Shown here piece by piece: positions 25,139 through 35,694 of a stretch of DNA of 64,000 bases. Every line of letters starts with the position of its first letter. Positions within the stretch are counted from its first letter, which is position 1. This DNA is from an uncultured virus (IMG/VR IMGVR_UViG_3300042564_002756) (Duplodnaviria > Heunggongvirae > Uroviricota > Caudoviricetes), in IMG/VR virus record IMGVR_UViG_3300042564_002756, positions 1 to 64,000 of that record; one strand, 5' to 3'. The notes beneath the pieces were generated by a model. The model was not told the origin of the DNA and did not search any database. It saw only the letters and a program-made list of their open reading frames with translations. The translations under genes were made by a program, and so were the position numbers.

Positions 25139-25732
25139 ATGACACCTGAAATGATTGAAGATTATAAAAGATGTATGGGTGATATTGAATACTTTGCTGA
25201 AAAACATATTAAAGTAAGACATGTAGAATTAGGTTTAGTACCTCTGAAATTAAACGAATTTCAAAGACAAGCTATTAAAGATTATAGCGAAAAGAATGTT
25301 TTTGCAAAATACGCAAATAGAATGGAAGGTAAAACTACTATTGCCGCTATTATTCTTTTACACCATGCAATCTTTAATCAATATAGAGTAAGTCTTATTA
25401 TGGGTCCAAAGATGCAATCAAGTAATGAAGTGTTGGATCTAATTTATGATATGCACCAAAATCTTCCAGAACACATCCAAGCAAAAATTGTTACACATAA
25501 TAAAACAAAACTAGAATTTGATAATATGTGTGCTATTATAAGTGGAGGCAGCAATACTCATCAAGGTAGAGGTAGAACACTATCAAATATCTATATTGAT
25601 GAAAGTGAATTTATGAATACTCTTGATGAAGTTTTTACTAATTTATATCCTTGTATCTCAACAGCAAATAAAGGTAAACTTTTTGCATTCACTTCAACTA
25701 GAACTTCAGAATATTTTAGAGATCATAAATGA
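25139..25732 (+). CDS. terminase-large-subunit ATPase-only paralog
   Basis: RMEGKTT Walker A, GRGRT, IYIDE Walker B; no nuclease domain; alternative TTG start at 25133. Confidence 0.75.
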   Translation: MTPEMIEDYKRCMGDIEYFAEKHIKVRHVELGLVPLKLNEFQRQAIKDYSEKNVFAKYANRMEGKTTIAAIILLHHAIFNQYRVSLIMGPKMQSSNEVLDLIYDMHQNLPEHIQAKIVTHNKTKLEFDNMCAIISGGSNTHQGRGRTLSNIYIDESEFMNTLDEVFTNLYPCISTANKGKLFAFTSTRTSEYFRDHK

Positions 25733-27354
25733 CAGATTCTGGCGGCTACTTAGGTAATTCACTTCTTAAAAAATCTGGTACTCCAATTGAATGGACTCCA
25801 GAAATGCTCAAGGAGTATATGAAATGTGCGGAAGATCCGATCTATTTTGCTGAACGGTATATTAAAATTGTTCACGTTGATCACGGGTTTATTCCAATTA
25901 AGTTATATGATTATCAAAAAGACATTATCAATGCAATTAGTAATAATAGACGAGTTGTAGCAAATACTTCTCGTCAGGCAGGTAAAACAACTACCGCTAT
26001 GGCTATTATTTTGCACTATATATTGTTTAACGAATATAAAACTGTTGCACTTCTCGCCAATAAAGCAGCATCTGCTCTTGAAATTCTTAATCGCATCCAG
26101 ATGGCATTCGAAGCATTACCTGGTTGGTTACAGCAAGGTGTTATCACTTGGAATAAAGGTTCTATGGAATTAGAAAATGGTTGTAAGGTTATTGCCGCTG
26201 CATCATCTTCAAGTTCCATTCGTGGTAAATCTATCGCATTCCTATATATCGACGAAACTGCCTTCTTAAATAATTGGGAAGAGTTTTTTGCGTCCGTTTA
26301 TCCTACCATTTCATCTGGTAAAGAAACAAAAATTCTATTGACATCCACTCCGAACTCTTTGAATCACTTCTGGAAAATCTGTAAAGAGGCACAAGAAGAA
26401 ATTGATGAAAGAGGCAGGGGCAAAAACGGTTATATCTATATTGAAGTTACTTGGGATAAAGTTCCAGGCAGAGATGAAGCATGGAAAGAAGATACACTTG
26501 CTTCTATTAGTTGGAATATGGAACAGTTTCAACAAGAATTTTGTGGATCATTCATCGGAAGTTCCAGCACTCTTATCTCCGGAAGTAAACTGAAAGAACT
26601 TTCATTCTCCACACCTTTGCATGAAGGTGAGGGAATTAAACAATATGCAACAGCAGTCAAGGGACATGCATATGCCATGGTTGTTGACGTTTCAAGAGGC
26701 AAGGGCCTTGACTATTCTACATTCTCTGTTCTTGATATTACAACAATGCCGTATCAACAGGTTTGTACATTCAGAGATAACTACATTGGCCCCGTAGATT
26801 ACGCCAGCATTATCTACAGAATAGCAAAATTGTATAATGAGTCATCCGTATTAATTGAAATAAATGATATTGGTGGTCAAGTAGCTGACGTTCTCTACTT
26901 TGATTATGGTTACGAAAATATGCTATTTACTGAAAGTGCTGGTAGATCCGGAAAACGAATTTCAGGCGGTTTTGGTAAAAATATTGATAGAGGTATTAGA
27001 ACAACAAAAACTGTAAAATCAATTGGTTGTTCCATATTGAAATTACTAGTAGAACAAAATCAAATACTGCTTAATGACTTTGAAACTATACAAGAATTGG
27101 CCAGATTTGCTCGTAGAGGTCCTTCATACGAGGCAGAATCTGGCGCACATGATGATATGGTTATGACATTGGTACTTTTTGCTTGGTTAACTGACCAAAC
27201 ATTCTTTAAAGACATGACAGACATAAATACACTTGCAAAACTTCGTGAAAGAACAGAAGAAGAAATAGATGATTTTCTATTACCTTTTGGTTTTTATGAT
27301 AATGGAAGTGATGACATTGAGCAGCCTATTTACATGAATCCAAATAATTGGTAA
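25729..27354 (+). CDS. gp17: terminase large subunit gp17
   Basis: SRQAGKTT, LYIDE, TSTPN, DVSRG.G.DYS, HDDMVM. Confidence 0.97.
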   Translation: MTDSGGYLGNSLLKKSGTPIEWTPEMLKEYMKCAEDPIYFAERYIKIVHVDHGFIPIKLYDYQKDIINAISNNRRVVANTSRQAGKTTTAMAIILHYILFNEYKTVALLANKAASALEILNRIQMAFEALPGWLQQGVITWNKGSMELENGCKVIAAASSSSSIRGKSIAFLYIDETAFLNNWEEFFASVYPTISSGKETKILLTSTPNSLNHFWKICKEAQEEIDERGRGKNGYIYIEVTWDKVPGRDEAWKEDTLASISWNMEQFQQEFCGSFIGSSSTLISGSKLKELSFSTPLHEGEGIKQYATAVKGHAYAMVVDVSRGKGLDYSTFSVLDITTMPYQQVCTFRDNYIGPVDYASIIYRIAKLYNESSVLIEINDIGGQVADVLYFDYGYENMLFTESAGRSGKRISGGFGKNIDRGIRTTKTVKSIGCSILKLLVEQNQILLNDFETIQELARFARRGPSYEAESGAHDDMVMTLVLFAWLTDQTFFKDMTDINTLAKLRERTEEEIDDFLLPFGFYDNGSDDIEQPIYMNPNNW

Positions 27355-27368
27355 CAAAACATCAAGTT

Positions 27369-27376
27369 TATAAATA
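27369..27376 (+). promoter_or_regulatory. T4-type late promoter TATAAATA (gp18)
   Basis: Exact consensus. Confidence 0.8.
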
Positions 27377-27428
27377 GAATTGAGATTTGAATTAAGAATA
27401 ATCTTATTTTATAACAAAGGAGAAAAAT

Positions 27429-29297
27429 ATGGTTTTTTCTGTAAGCCCATCCGTAACAGTCCGTGAGGTTGATGCTACAGCAACAATTCCAGCGATCGCA
27501 ACTCCTCCTGCTGCAATCGCTGGTGTTTTTAGCTGGGGACCAACTAACGAAAGAATTCTAGTAACTTCTGAAAACGAGTTAGTTTCTCGTTTTGGGAAAC
27601 CTACGGATTCTAACTTTGAAACATTCTTTACTGCAGCCGACTTTTTGTCGTATTCAAATGCACTATACGTTACTCGTGTAACAAGTGATGATGCTGCAAT
27701 CGCGTCCGGCACATATTTTAATGCAAAACACCCAGGTGCATTAGGTAATTCCGTTGAAGTAGCATATGTAACAAGTTCCAGTGCATATGGCAATACTGCA
27801 TTATTTGATACAGACCTAATTGAAAATGTAGATAATTCTGATATTATTGCTATTGGCACAAATACATTACAAATTATCACAACAGAAAATGTTTCTGGTA
27901 TTCTTTCTAATGGTGATATTATTGTAGTAGGTAATAATGATGTTGGTTATCAAAACCTAATAGTTAATACGTATACTGTTGCATCAGTAGTAGATACAGC
28001 AAACACAGCAAACACAGCAGACGATATTACAACATATACTTATACTATAAATCTAAAAAATAGATATTCACTACCAGTAACATCTTATCTTGATCTAACA
28101 TATAAGAGATATTGGGGTCTTTCATATTTATTTAGTAATGCACCAACATCAGGTAATATGCACATTGTGGTTACAGATAGAGATGGTGATATTACTGGTG
28201 TGGCAGATACTATTCTTGAAGTATATGAAAACATGTCAAAGACACCATCTGCAAAACTTCAGGATGGGACAACAAATTATTATGCAACAGTAATTGAAAA
28301 CAAATCTGCTTGGATTATTGCTGATAGTACCGATAAATTAGATGGATCTGGAAATCTTTCTGGATATGAAAATCTGGCTGGAGGTCTCAATGGATCTAAT
28401 GAGGCATCAATACCGTTTGGTAAAGTTGCACTTGGTTATGATCTTTATAAAGACTCTGCAGATGTTGATATTGCTTTTGTTCTTCAAGGTAAAGCAGTAA
28501 ATGCAAATATTTCAAACTATATTGTTCAAAATATTGCCGAAAGAAGAAAAGATTGTGTTGCATTCATTTCACCTACTGCTGCAGCTGCCGTAGCACCATC
28601 TAATCCGATAGATAAGATGAATGCAGTTATTGCATTCAGATCACTTGTTCAAAATTCATCTTACTTCTTCATGGACTCCGGCTATAAATACCGTTATGAT
28701 AAGTATAATGACGTATATCGTTGGGTACCATTAAATGGAGATATGGCAGGTCTTTGCTCTCGTATCACTCCATGGGAATCACCAGCTGGTTATAAGCGTG
28801 GTATCATCAAGAATGTTGTAAAACTTGCTTTTAATCCAAATAAAGAACAACGTGATCAACTATACGGAAATGATATCAATCCAGTTGTTTCTCAAGTAGG
28901 TCAAGGTATCCTTCTATTCGGTGATAAGACTGGTCTTGGAACTGCTACAGGTAGTGCATTCACTCGTATTAACGTGCGCCGTCTATTCATTACAGTCGAA
29001 AAGGCAATTGCAACAACTGCTGCTTCATTCCTATTCGACTTCAATGATGAGTTCACTCAGACACAGTTTAGAAACTCAGTAGAACCATTCCTAAGAGATA
29101 TCCAGGGAAGAAGAGGTATCATAGACTTTAGAGTAATTTCCGATTCTACTGTAAATACTCCTGATGTTATTGATAGAAATACATTTAGAGGAAATATTTT
29201 CATCAAACCTAGTAGAACCATTAACTTTATCGAACTTACATTTGTCGCTACTAGAACAGGTGTTGAATTTGATGAAATTATCGGCCAGGCTCTTTAA
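27429..29297 (+). CDS. gp18: tail sheath protein gp18
   Basis: SPSV.VRE.D; FSWGP; YDKYND.YRWVPLNGD; RINVRRLF. Confidence 0.96.
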   Translation: MVFSVSPSVTVREVDATATIPAIATPPAAIAGVFSWGPTNERILVTSENELVSRFGKPTDSNFETFFTAADFLSYSNALYVTRVTSDDAAIASGTYFNAKHPGALGNSVEVAYVTSSSAYGNTALFDTDLIENVDNSDIIAIGTNTLQIITTENVSGILSNGDIIVVGNNDVGYQNLIVNTYTVASVVDTANTANTADDITTYTYTINLKNRYSLPVTSYLDLTYKRYWGLSYLFSNAPTSGNMHIVVTDRDGDITGVADTILEVYENMSKTPSAKLQDGTTNYYATVIENKSAWIIADSTDKLDGSGNLSGYENLAGGLNGSNEASIPFGKVALGYDLYKDSADVDIAFVLQGKAVNANISNYIVQNIAERRKDCVAFISPTAAAAVAPSNPIDKMNAVIAFRSLVQNSSYFFMDSGYKYRYDKYNDVYRWVPLNGDMAGLCSRITPWESPAGYKRGIIKNVVKLAFNPNKEQRDQLYGNDINPVVSQVGQGILLFGDKTGLGTATGSAFTRINVRRLFITVEKAIATTAASFLFDFNDEFTQTQFRNSVEPFLRDIQGRRGIIDFRVISDSTVNTPDVIDRNTFRGNIFIKPSRTINFIELTFVATRTGVEFDEIIGQAL

Positions 29298-29327
29298 TAA
29301 ATAAAGACATAACAAGGAGTTTCAAAA

Positions 29328-29864
29328 ATGGCATTTTCAATAAATGAATTCAAATCACAATTAGTAGGAGGGGGTGCTCGCAGCACCCTCTTCCAAGTAC
29401 AAATAACAAATCCAATTCTTGGTATTGCAGACTTTAAAATACCTTTCATGGTAAAAACAGCAGCTATTCCAGAATCTTCAACTGGTATTATACCAGTTCC
29501 ATATTTTGGAAGAATAATTAAATATGGCGGTGATAGAACATTCGGACCATGGCCTGTTACTATTATCAATGATGAAGACTTTGCTGTTCGCAATGCAATG
29601 GAAGCTTGGTCAAATGCTATCAACTCGCATATTACTAACTTCAGAGCAGCACCATTTGACTATAAGGCACAAGCTCAAGTCACTCAGTATGGTAAAGATG
29701 GGAGTGTATTAAGAGAATATACATTTGAAGGTTTGTTCCCAACTTCAATTTCAACTATTGATCTTTCATGGCAAGCACAAGACCAAATTGAAGAATTTAG
29801 TGTAACATTTGAATATGATCTTTGGAGAGTATCCGGCGGAGTTACTGGTAATTCTACCACGTAA
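29328..29864 (+). CDS. gp19: tail tube protein gp19
   Basis: GGARSTLF; GDRTF..W.VTIINDEDF; IEEF.VTF.Y. Confidence 0.95.
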   Translation: MAFSINEFKSQLVGGGARSTLFQVQITNPILGIADFKIPFMVKTAAIPESSTGIIPVPYFGRIIKYGGDRTFGPWPVTIINDEDFAVRNAMEAWSNAINSHITNFRAAPFDYKAQAQVTQYGKDGSVLREYTFEGLFPTSISTIDLSWQAQDQIEEFSVTFEYDLWRVSGGVTGNSTT

Positions 29865-29884
29865 TTTATTAGAAGGAATATAAT

Positions 29885-31516
29885 ATGAGATTATTTGGAT
29901 TCGAGATCAAGCGACCAGATGATGATGTAAAAAATCAGCCAGTATCTTTTGCTGAGCCTTTAAATGATGATGGAGCTTTAACCGTAGGAGGTGCCGTTGG
30001 TGGCTCCTACGGTATGCTTTTGGATTTGGAAGGAACTGCAAAATCTGAAGCTGAACTTGTGACTCGCTATAGAGCTTTGACTATAAATCCAGAAATACAG
30101 CAAGCTATTGATGAAATTGTAAATGAATCTATCAGTGTTGATTCTCATGATAAGGTTGTCAACATAATTCTTGATGAAACAAATCTTCCGGATAAAGTCA
30201 AAGAAAAAATAAGTGAAGAATTTCAGAATATTTTACAACTTCTAGATTTTTCTAATAGTGCATATGAGATATTCACTAAATTCTATGTAGATGGCAGATT
30301 AAATTATCACGTTATTATAGATGAGAAAAATTTAAAAGAAGGTATCAAAGAACTTAGATATCTTGATCCAAGAAAAATTAGACTCATTCGTGAAATGCAA
30401 AATGAACAAATAAAAGATCAAGCTAGCAATGCATTGGTAAAGAAGATCAAAAAGGAGTACTATATGTATTCTGAAAGTGGATTTGGTGCTAGTAAAGTAT
30501 CAAATTATTCTTCATCAATACAAGGGCTAAAGATTGCTAAAGACGCAATTGTTAGAGTTACATCCGGTCTGCTAAACGAGAATAATTCAGTAGTTCTTTC
30601 ACACTTGCATAAGTCTATCAAGTCTCTCAACCAATTGAGAATATTGGAAGATGCTACTATTATCTATACAATGACAAGAGCACCAGAACGCAGAATTTTT
30701 TATGTTGACGTTGGTAACTTGCCAAAAGCAAAAGCTGAACAGTATCTACATGATATGATGGCTCGTCACAAGAATAGAGTGACGTATGATCCATCATCTG
30801 GTGAAATTAAAGATGATAGAAAAATGATGACTATGACCGAGGATTATTGGTTTCCAAGAAGAGAAGGCAATAATGCGACCGAAGTGACTACACTAAATGG
30901 TGGATCTGGTTTAGGTGAAGATAAAAACCTTCCGTATTTTCAATCTAAACTATATAAATCGCTAAATGTCCCAGTTGCAAGGCTTCAACCGGAAACTATG
31001 TATTCATTCGGTCGAATGTCAGAAGTGACTCGCGAAGAATTAAAATTTGCTAAATTTATTAAAAGACTTCGCACAAGATTTTCAATTCTATTTGATAGAT
31101 GCCTTGAACGACAATTGGTTTTAAAGGGTGTTATTTCACCTGACGAATGGAAAGAAATTCAAAATAAAATCCGTTATGACTTCATGAAGGATAACTATTT
31201 TGAAGAGTTGAAAGAAGCTGAAATACTTCGCGAAAAGCTTGAAACACTTCGCCAGATTGAGGAACAAATTGGTAAATACTTCTCTCGTGAATGGGTTGTC
31301 AAGAATGTTCTTTACATGCCAGAAGATGAATGGAAAGACATGAAGAAGCAAATTGATAAAGAAGCAAAAGAAGAGCCTCCTATTGACGATATGCCTCAAG
31401 ATAGTCAAGGTGCAGCTCCACCACAGCCGCCACAAGATGATCAACCTACAGAAGAAGGTTTGACCGTTATAAATAGAAAAAATCTTACTAATTTTTCAAA
31501 AAGGGCTCAAAAATGA
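29885..31516 (+). CDS. gp20: portal protein gp20
   Basis: FYVDGR; RAPERRIFYVDVGNLPK.KAEQY; EDYWFPRREG. Confidence 0.97.
   Translation: MRLFGFEIKRPDDDVKNQPVSFAEPLNDDGALTVGGAVGGSYGMLLDLEGTAKSEAELVTRYRALTINPEIQQAIDEIVNESISVDSHDKVVNIILDETNLPDKVKEKISEEFQNILQLLDFSNSAYEIFTKFYVDGRLNYHVIIDEKNLKEGIKELRYLDPRKIRLIREMQNEQIKDQASNALVKKIKKEYYMYSESGFGASKVSNYSSSIQGLKIAKDAIVRVTSGLLNENNSVVLSHLHKSIKSLNQLRILEDATIIYTMTRAPERRIFYVDVGNLPKAKAEQYLHDMMARHKNRVTYDPSSGEIKDDRKMMTMTEDYWFPRREGNNATEVTTLNGGSGLGEDKNLPYFQSKLYKSLNVPVARLQPETMYSFGRMSEVTREELKFAKFIKRLRTRFSILFDRCLERQLVLKGVISPDEWKEIQNKIRYDFMKDNYFEELKEAEILREKLETLRQIEEQIGKYFSREWVVKNVLYMPEDEWKDMKKQIDKEAKEEPPIDDMPQDSQGAAPPQPPQDDQPTEEGLTVINRKNLTNFSKRAQK
31468..31475 (+). promoter_or_regulatory. 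T4-type late promoter TATAAATA inside the portal 3' end
   Basis: Exact consensus ~40 nt before the 31513 ATG. Confidence 0.7.
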
Positions 31517-33642
31517 AAACTTTCAGTAGAATCTTATCAGAGGTTGCTCAACCAAACTCAGAAGATGAACTAAACTTTAAACAAAAACACATAATAGATC
31601 CTATTGACCACACTGTTGCACCAGAGAGCACATTTTCTGGTGCAGTAGATAAAGATGATATTGATGGTATGAAAAGATACCGCAAGAATAAGCGCCTTGC
31701 TGATTATCAAAGACCAGATGATGAAGATGTTTATGAAGCTGTTACTCTCAAAAGAGATCTTTCAGGTCAAGAAGATTCTGATGTAGATAATGATGATGAT
31801 AGTGATATGACAGATGCTCAATACAAATATCGTAAACACGCGCAAATTAAAATGCACAAAATTGATGAAACTGTATATGTCATTCCAGAAGAAATTCTTG
31901 CAACTGAAAAGAATGCTTTCCATACCGCGGCCGCTAATGCTCATGCTACAGGTAAAAAACACTTTGCATTTGCCGGAAAGAAATACCCAGTCACAATGTC
32001 AAAAGATGCTGCTAAGACATTTGCTGGCAAGGGTGATATGTCCGAAGCAATGGATCCAGTTGGCAAAGAAGATGATGACATCAATAATGATGATAAAGTA
32101 AATAAGAGTGACAAGTATCTTCATGCTCGCCGCAAAGCAATTTCCGCATCTATTCGTACCAAAATCAAAGAAGGTTTTGGTGCTGTAGCTGCTGCTGGCG
32201 GTGACTATGATGAAGAACCATCACACCAACGCTACAAGAAGTCAAATTCCACAAAGAAAGAAGATGCGGCGCTTGGCGGCGGCAAAGGTTCTAAGATCTA
32301 TGCTGGTAAAACCAGAGAGTCACAGATTGATGAAGTACAAATCAAAAAACCAACCAAATCCGAACGTGAAATTGCTTATGCAGATGGTTCATCAAATTCT
32401 TCTGCAAACATGAAAGTTAATAGATTGGCCTATGCTTTGGATAAAGAACCAAAGAAAAAAGTAAGTCTCCCAAAAACTCCTTGGAATGAGGAACTTGAAG
32501 AAGCGATGTCTTTAGATAAAGTCAATAAGGTTCATGCTGAAAGCGGTGCCGAAGGTTTTGCTAAAGACTATGTCAAAGGTAACAAAGGTGATTACATTTC
32601 TGGTGGTCCTACTGAAAAGCATGAAAAAGATTCAGAAAAGTTCCATACAACATATAAGCGTGTAGGTGGAAAATCAGGTTTCGGTGGTTCAGGACATGAC
32701 ATTTATCAACACAATACAACTGGTGAGAAGTTCCGTATTGACCGCACTCCAAATGGTAAAGGTTTCCATGGTACCGATCATGCAGTTTCAAAAATCAATG
32801 AAGAAGTTGAACTTGATGAAGTATCAAAGAAGACTCTTGGTTCATATATTAAGAAAGCATCTCACGATGTTGCTACTAACTCTGCAGCAACCGCCCGTTA
32901 TTCTGAAAGAGCTAATAAGGCGCTTGATAAAATGAAAACAGGTGATTATTCTGGTGATGGACAAAGAAGAAAAGATACTGCAGTTGCTGATAAAGCTTTT
33001 AACAAATCATGGAAGCGCCGTCAAGGTATTGCTATGGCAGCTGATAAACTTACAAAAGAAGAAGTAGAACTTGATGAACTCAAGAAATCAACTCTTGCTT
33101 CTTATGTGACTAAGGCAGCATATGATACAGCCGCACATGCTGCTAGATTTGGTGCAGACCAAAAAACTAAAAAAGGTGGCTCTTCGTTTGTAAAAGCGCA
33201 TCAAAGACTTTCTGGCATTAAAAAAGCAAGTGATAAACTCGCTAAGGAAGAAGTTGAGCTAGATGAAGTTTCAAAGGCTTTGCTTGGAAGATACATCAAA
33301 AAAGCAAAAACTGATGTTGCTGGTAAGGCATATCAACTAGGCGCTAAAGATCCACTTAAGCCACAAGCAAGCTGGTCAAAGACTTTGGGCAGAGAAAAGC
33401 GTATTGATAAAGCAGTCGACAGACTTACTAAAGAAGAAGTTGAGCTTGATGAAGCATTCAACGCAGGTTTGCTCAAACTGAATGATGGTTCATCTATTTC
33501 AGTAAATTCGCAGGATGCAAAACTTCTTAATCAACTCATCAATGGTCTCCGCCAAGAAAATGCAAAGAAAATGATGAAAGTTGCAATGACTGATAAAGAC
33601 GGCTTTAAAGAAATTTTAGGTTTTGCAAGAGAGGCACTCTAA
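31513..33642 (+). CDS. large prohead core / internal head protein with repeated EEVELDE modules
   Basis: Occupies the gp67/gp68 position; MKTF..ILSE N-terminus; four EEVELDE repeats. Confidence 0.7.
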   Translation: MKTFSRILSEVAQPNSEDELNFKQKHIIDPIDHTVAPESTFSGAVDKDDIDGMKRYRKNKRLADYQRPDDEDVYEAVTLKRDLSGQEDSDVDNDDDSDMTDAQYKYRKHAQIKMHKIDETVYVIPEEILATEKNAFHTAAANAHATGKKHFAFAGKKYPVTMSKDAAKTFAGKGDMSEAMDPVGKEDDDINNDDKVNKSDKYLHARRKAISASIRTKIKEGFGAVAAAGGDYDEEPSHQRYKKSNSTKKEDAALGGGKGSKIYAGKTRESQIDEVQIKKPTKSEREIAYADGSSNSSANMKVNRLAYALDKEPKKKVSLPKTPWNEELEEAMSLDKVNKVHAESGAEGFAKDYVKGNKGDYISGGPTEKHEKDSEKFHTTYKRVGGKSGFGGSGHDIYQHNTTGEKFRIDRTPNGKGFHGTDHAVSKINEEVELDEVSKKTLGSYIKKASHDVATNSAATARYSERANKALDKMKTGDYSGDGQRRKDTAVADKAFNKSWKRRQGIAMAADKLTKEEVELDELKKSTLASYVTKAAYDTAAHAARFGADQKTKKGGSSFVKAHQRLSGIKKASDKLAKEEVELDEVSKALLGRYIKKAKTDVAGKAYQLGAKDPLKPQASWSKTLGREKRIDKAVDRLTKEEVELDEAFNAGLLKLNDGSSISVNSQDAKLLNQLINGLRQENAKKMMKVAMTDKDGFKEILGFAREAL

Positions 33643-33643
33643 T

Positions 33644-33901
33644 ATGGTAGATATAGTTCTTAAACTAACGGGAGAAGAAGTTTCAGTTTCATCGACACCA
33701 GATACAGTTAACGATGCAGTTCTTTTCAGAGTATATACTCCAACTGGTGGAGATTCATTTGTAATAGTAAGAGACTCTGCTAATAATGTAATAGGGTCAA
33801 TGTCTCAACCTGCCGGTTTTGTAGAAATAATGGAAAAGCGAGCGACCGATACAGTTGAAGCAAATACTGCTATTAAATGTACCCCGGTTGCTTACAAATG
33901 A
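33644..33901 (+). CDS. small head-module hypothetical protein
   Basis: GAGG RBS; ORF between the core protein and gp21. Confidence 0.65.
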   Translation: MVDIVLKLTGEEVSVSSTPDTVNDAVLFRVYTPTGGDSFVIVRDSANNVIGSMSQPAGFVEIMEKRATDTVEANTAIKCTPVAYK

Positions 33902-33917
33902 TTCAGGTTCATAATCT

Positions 33918-33925
33918 TATAAATA
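33918..33925 (+). promoter_or_regulatory. T4-type late promoter TATAAATA (gp21)
   Basis: Exact consensus. Confidence 0.8.
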
Positions 33926-33947
33926 AAAATAAAAAAGGAAACAAGTT

Positions 33948-34622
33948 ATGAAACTAATAACAGAAGTATATGATGACGATTGCATGGTGATTACTGAAGC
34001 TTCAGAAGATGGCAAAAAAGGCTATTTTATAGAAGGTATCTTCATGCAGGGAGATATTCAAAATCGTAATGGTAGAATTTATCCTTCTACAATACTTGAA
34101 AATGAAATGAATCGCTATAATGATCAATATATCAAAACAAAGAGAGCATTAGGTGAACTTGGTCATCCAAATGGTCCACAAATTAATGGTGATAGAGTTT
34201 CTCACCTAATCACTGAAATGAAAAGAGATGGGTCAAATTTCATTGGTAAGGCAAAGATCCTTTCAACACCAATGGGTCAAATTGTAAAGACTTTCATTGA
34301 TGAGGGTGTTAAAGTTGGAGTATCTACTAGAGGTCTTGGTTCTGTAAAGGCAACAAAGCAAGGCATAATGGAAGTACAAGATGATTTTCACCTTGCAACT
34401 GTTGATATTGTTACAGACCCTTCAGGTCCTAATTGCTTTGTAAAAGGTATCATGGAAAATACTGAATATTACTATGATATAGCATCAGGTAATTGGAGAG
34501 TAATGGAACAATTAGAAGAAACAGTTAAGGAACTTAAGAAAGAAGTTGCCACTCGTAATCCCATTAGTGAATCAAAAGCTCTTAGAATATTTGAAAACTT
34601 TATAGGTTCTTTAAAAGGATAA
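33948..34622 (+). CDS. gp21: prohead protease gp21
   Basis: IEGIFMQ; NRNGRIYP; ALGELGHP; GVSTRGLGS; D.V.DPS. Confidence 0.96.
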   Translation: MKLITEVYDDDCMVITEASEDGKKGYFIEGIFMQGDIQNRNGRIYPSTILENEMNRYNDQYIKTKRALGELGHPNGPQINGDRVSHLITEMKRDGSNFIGKAKILSTPMGQIVKTFIDEGVKVGVSTRGLGSVKATKQGIMEVQDDFHLATVDIVTDPSGPNCFVKGIMENTEYYYDIASGNWRVMEQLEETVKELKKEVATRNPISESKALRIFENFIGSLKG

Positions 34623-34637
34623 ATAAATTTACTTTTT

Positions 34638-34645
34638 TATAAATA
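34638..34645 (+). promoter_or_regulatory. T4-type late promoter TATAAATA (gp22)
   Basis: Exact consensus. Confidence 0.8.
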
Positions 34646-34685
34646 AACTATGAGATTAAATTAAATCCATAAGAAGGAGAACAAA

Positions 34686-35639
34686 ATGTCAGAACACAAT
34701 TTACAAGAGTTTAAGGCGGATCACAGCGGTGGTGATGTTGTCAAAGGTGCAGAAGTTCCTGATCCAGTAACACCAGCGGGTGGTGCTATCAAACCTAAGT
34801 TGGCAGATGTTAAAAAGAAAGTTGATCCAACTGCTGATAAACTTGGTGCTGCTTCAGGCGTTACACCTGAAGTGAAAGAAGACGTAGATGCTTCAGAATC
34901 ATTTGATTCATTATTTGAAGGTCTTGATCTTTCTGAAGACTTTAAAGGTAAACTTTCACTAGTATTTGAAGCTGCTGTCAATGAAGCTTCCACTGCAAAA
35001 GCCAATGAAATTGCTGCTTCACTAGAAGAAGAATTTGCTGTACAGTTAGAAGAATCTGTTAACGAAGCAATGGAAGAGATTGTTGAAAATCTTGACAATT
35101 ATCTTGACTATATTGTTTCTGAATGGATGGAAGAAAATACCGTTGCAATCGAATCTGGTATTAAGGTCCAAATGGCAGAATCATTCATGGATGGCCTTAA
35201 AGAACTATTTTACGAGCACAATGTAGAAATTGATGAATCAACAATTGATATTGTTGCTGATTTAGAAGAAGAAATTGCTTCACTTAAAGAAGAAGTTAAT
35301 AAAACAATCAATGCAAACATCGAACTTTCTGAAGCAGTTGAAATGCTACAGGCAGAAAAAATCTTCGAAGAACTTTCTGAAGGTCTAACAACTTCACAAA
35401 AAGAACGCTTCCGTATTCTTTCTGAAAAGTTAGATGTAGATAATCTTGATTCTTATTCATCAGATCTTTCTACTCTTAAAGAGTCATTCTTTAAATCAAA
35501 GTCACCAGTAATCACTGAGTCTGCTGTTGATGATGAAGAAAATGAAATTATGCTTGAAGAAACCGCCCCAAAGAAAGTTTCTGCATATGACTCTGTAAAT
35601 GCAATTGTTAATGCTCTAAATTCAAAACAGTTTAAGTGA
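34686..35639 (+). CDS. gp22: prohead scaffolding protein gp22
   Basis: Acidic coiled coil; FEAAV; DNYLDY.V.EWMEEN; synteny. Confidence 0.92.
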   Translation: MSEHNLQEFKADHSGGDVVKGAEVPDPVTPAGGAIKPKLADVKKKVDPTADKLGAASGVTPEVKEDVDASESFDSLFEGLDLSEDFKGKLSLVFEAAVNEASTAKANEIAASLEEEFAVQLEESVNEAMEEIVENLDNYLDYIVSEWMEENTVAIESGIKVQMAESFMDGLKELFYEHNVEIDESTIDIVADLEEEIASLKEEVNKTINANIELSEAVEMLQAEKIFEELSEGLTTSQKERFRILSEKLDVDNLDSYSSDLSTLKESFFKSKSPVITESAVDDEENEIMLEETAPKKVSAYDSVNAIVNALNSKQFK

Positions 35640-35651
35640 AAATAATAAAAT

Positions 35652-35659
35652 TATAAATA
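35652..35659 (+). promoter_or_regulatory. T4-type late promoter TATAAATA (gp23)
   Basis: Exact consensus. Confidence 0.8.
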
Positions 35660-35694
35660 AATCTATAAGATAACAACAATAAGGAGAGACAAAA

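Noticed and set aside
25133..27354. Split or frameshifted terminase
   Set aside because: The downstream gp17 is complete with its own ATPase and nuclease motifs
27996..28021. 9-bp tandem repeat (TANTANTA) in the tail sheath gene
   Set aside because: In-frame micro-duplication in a variable loop; no further significance evident
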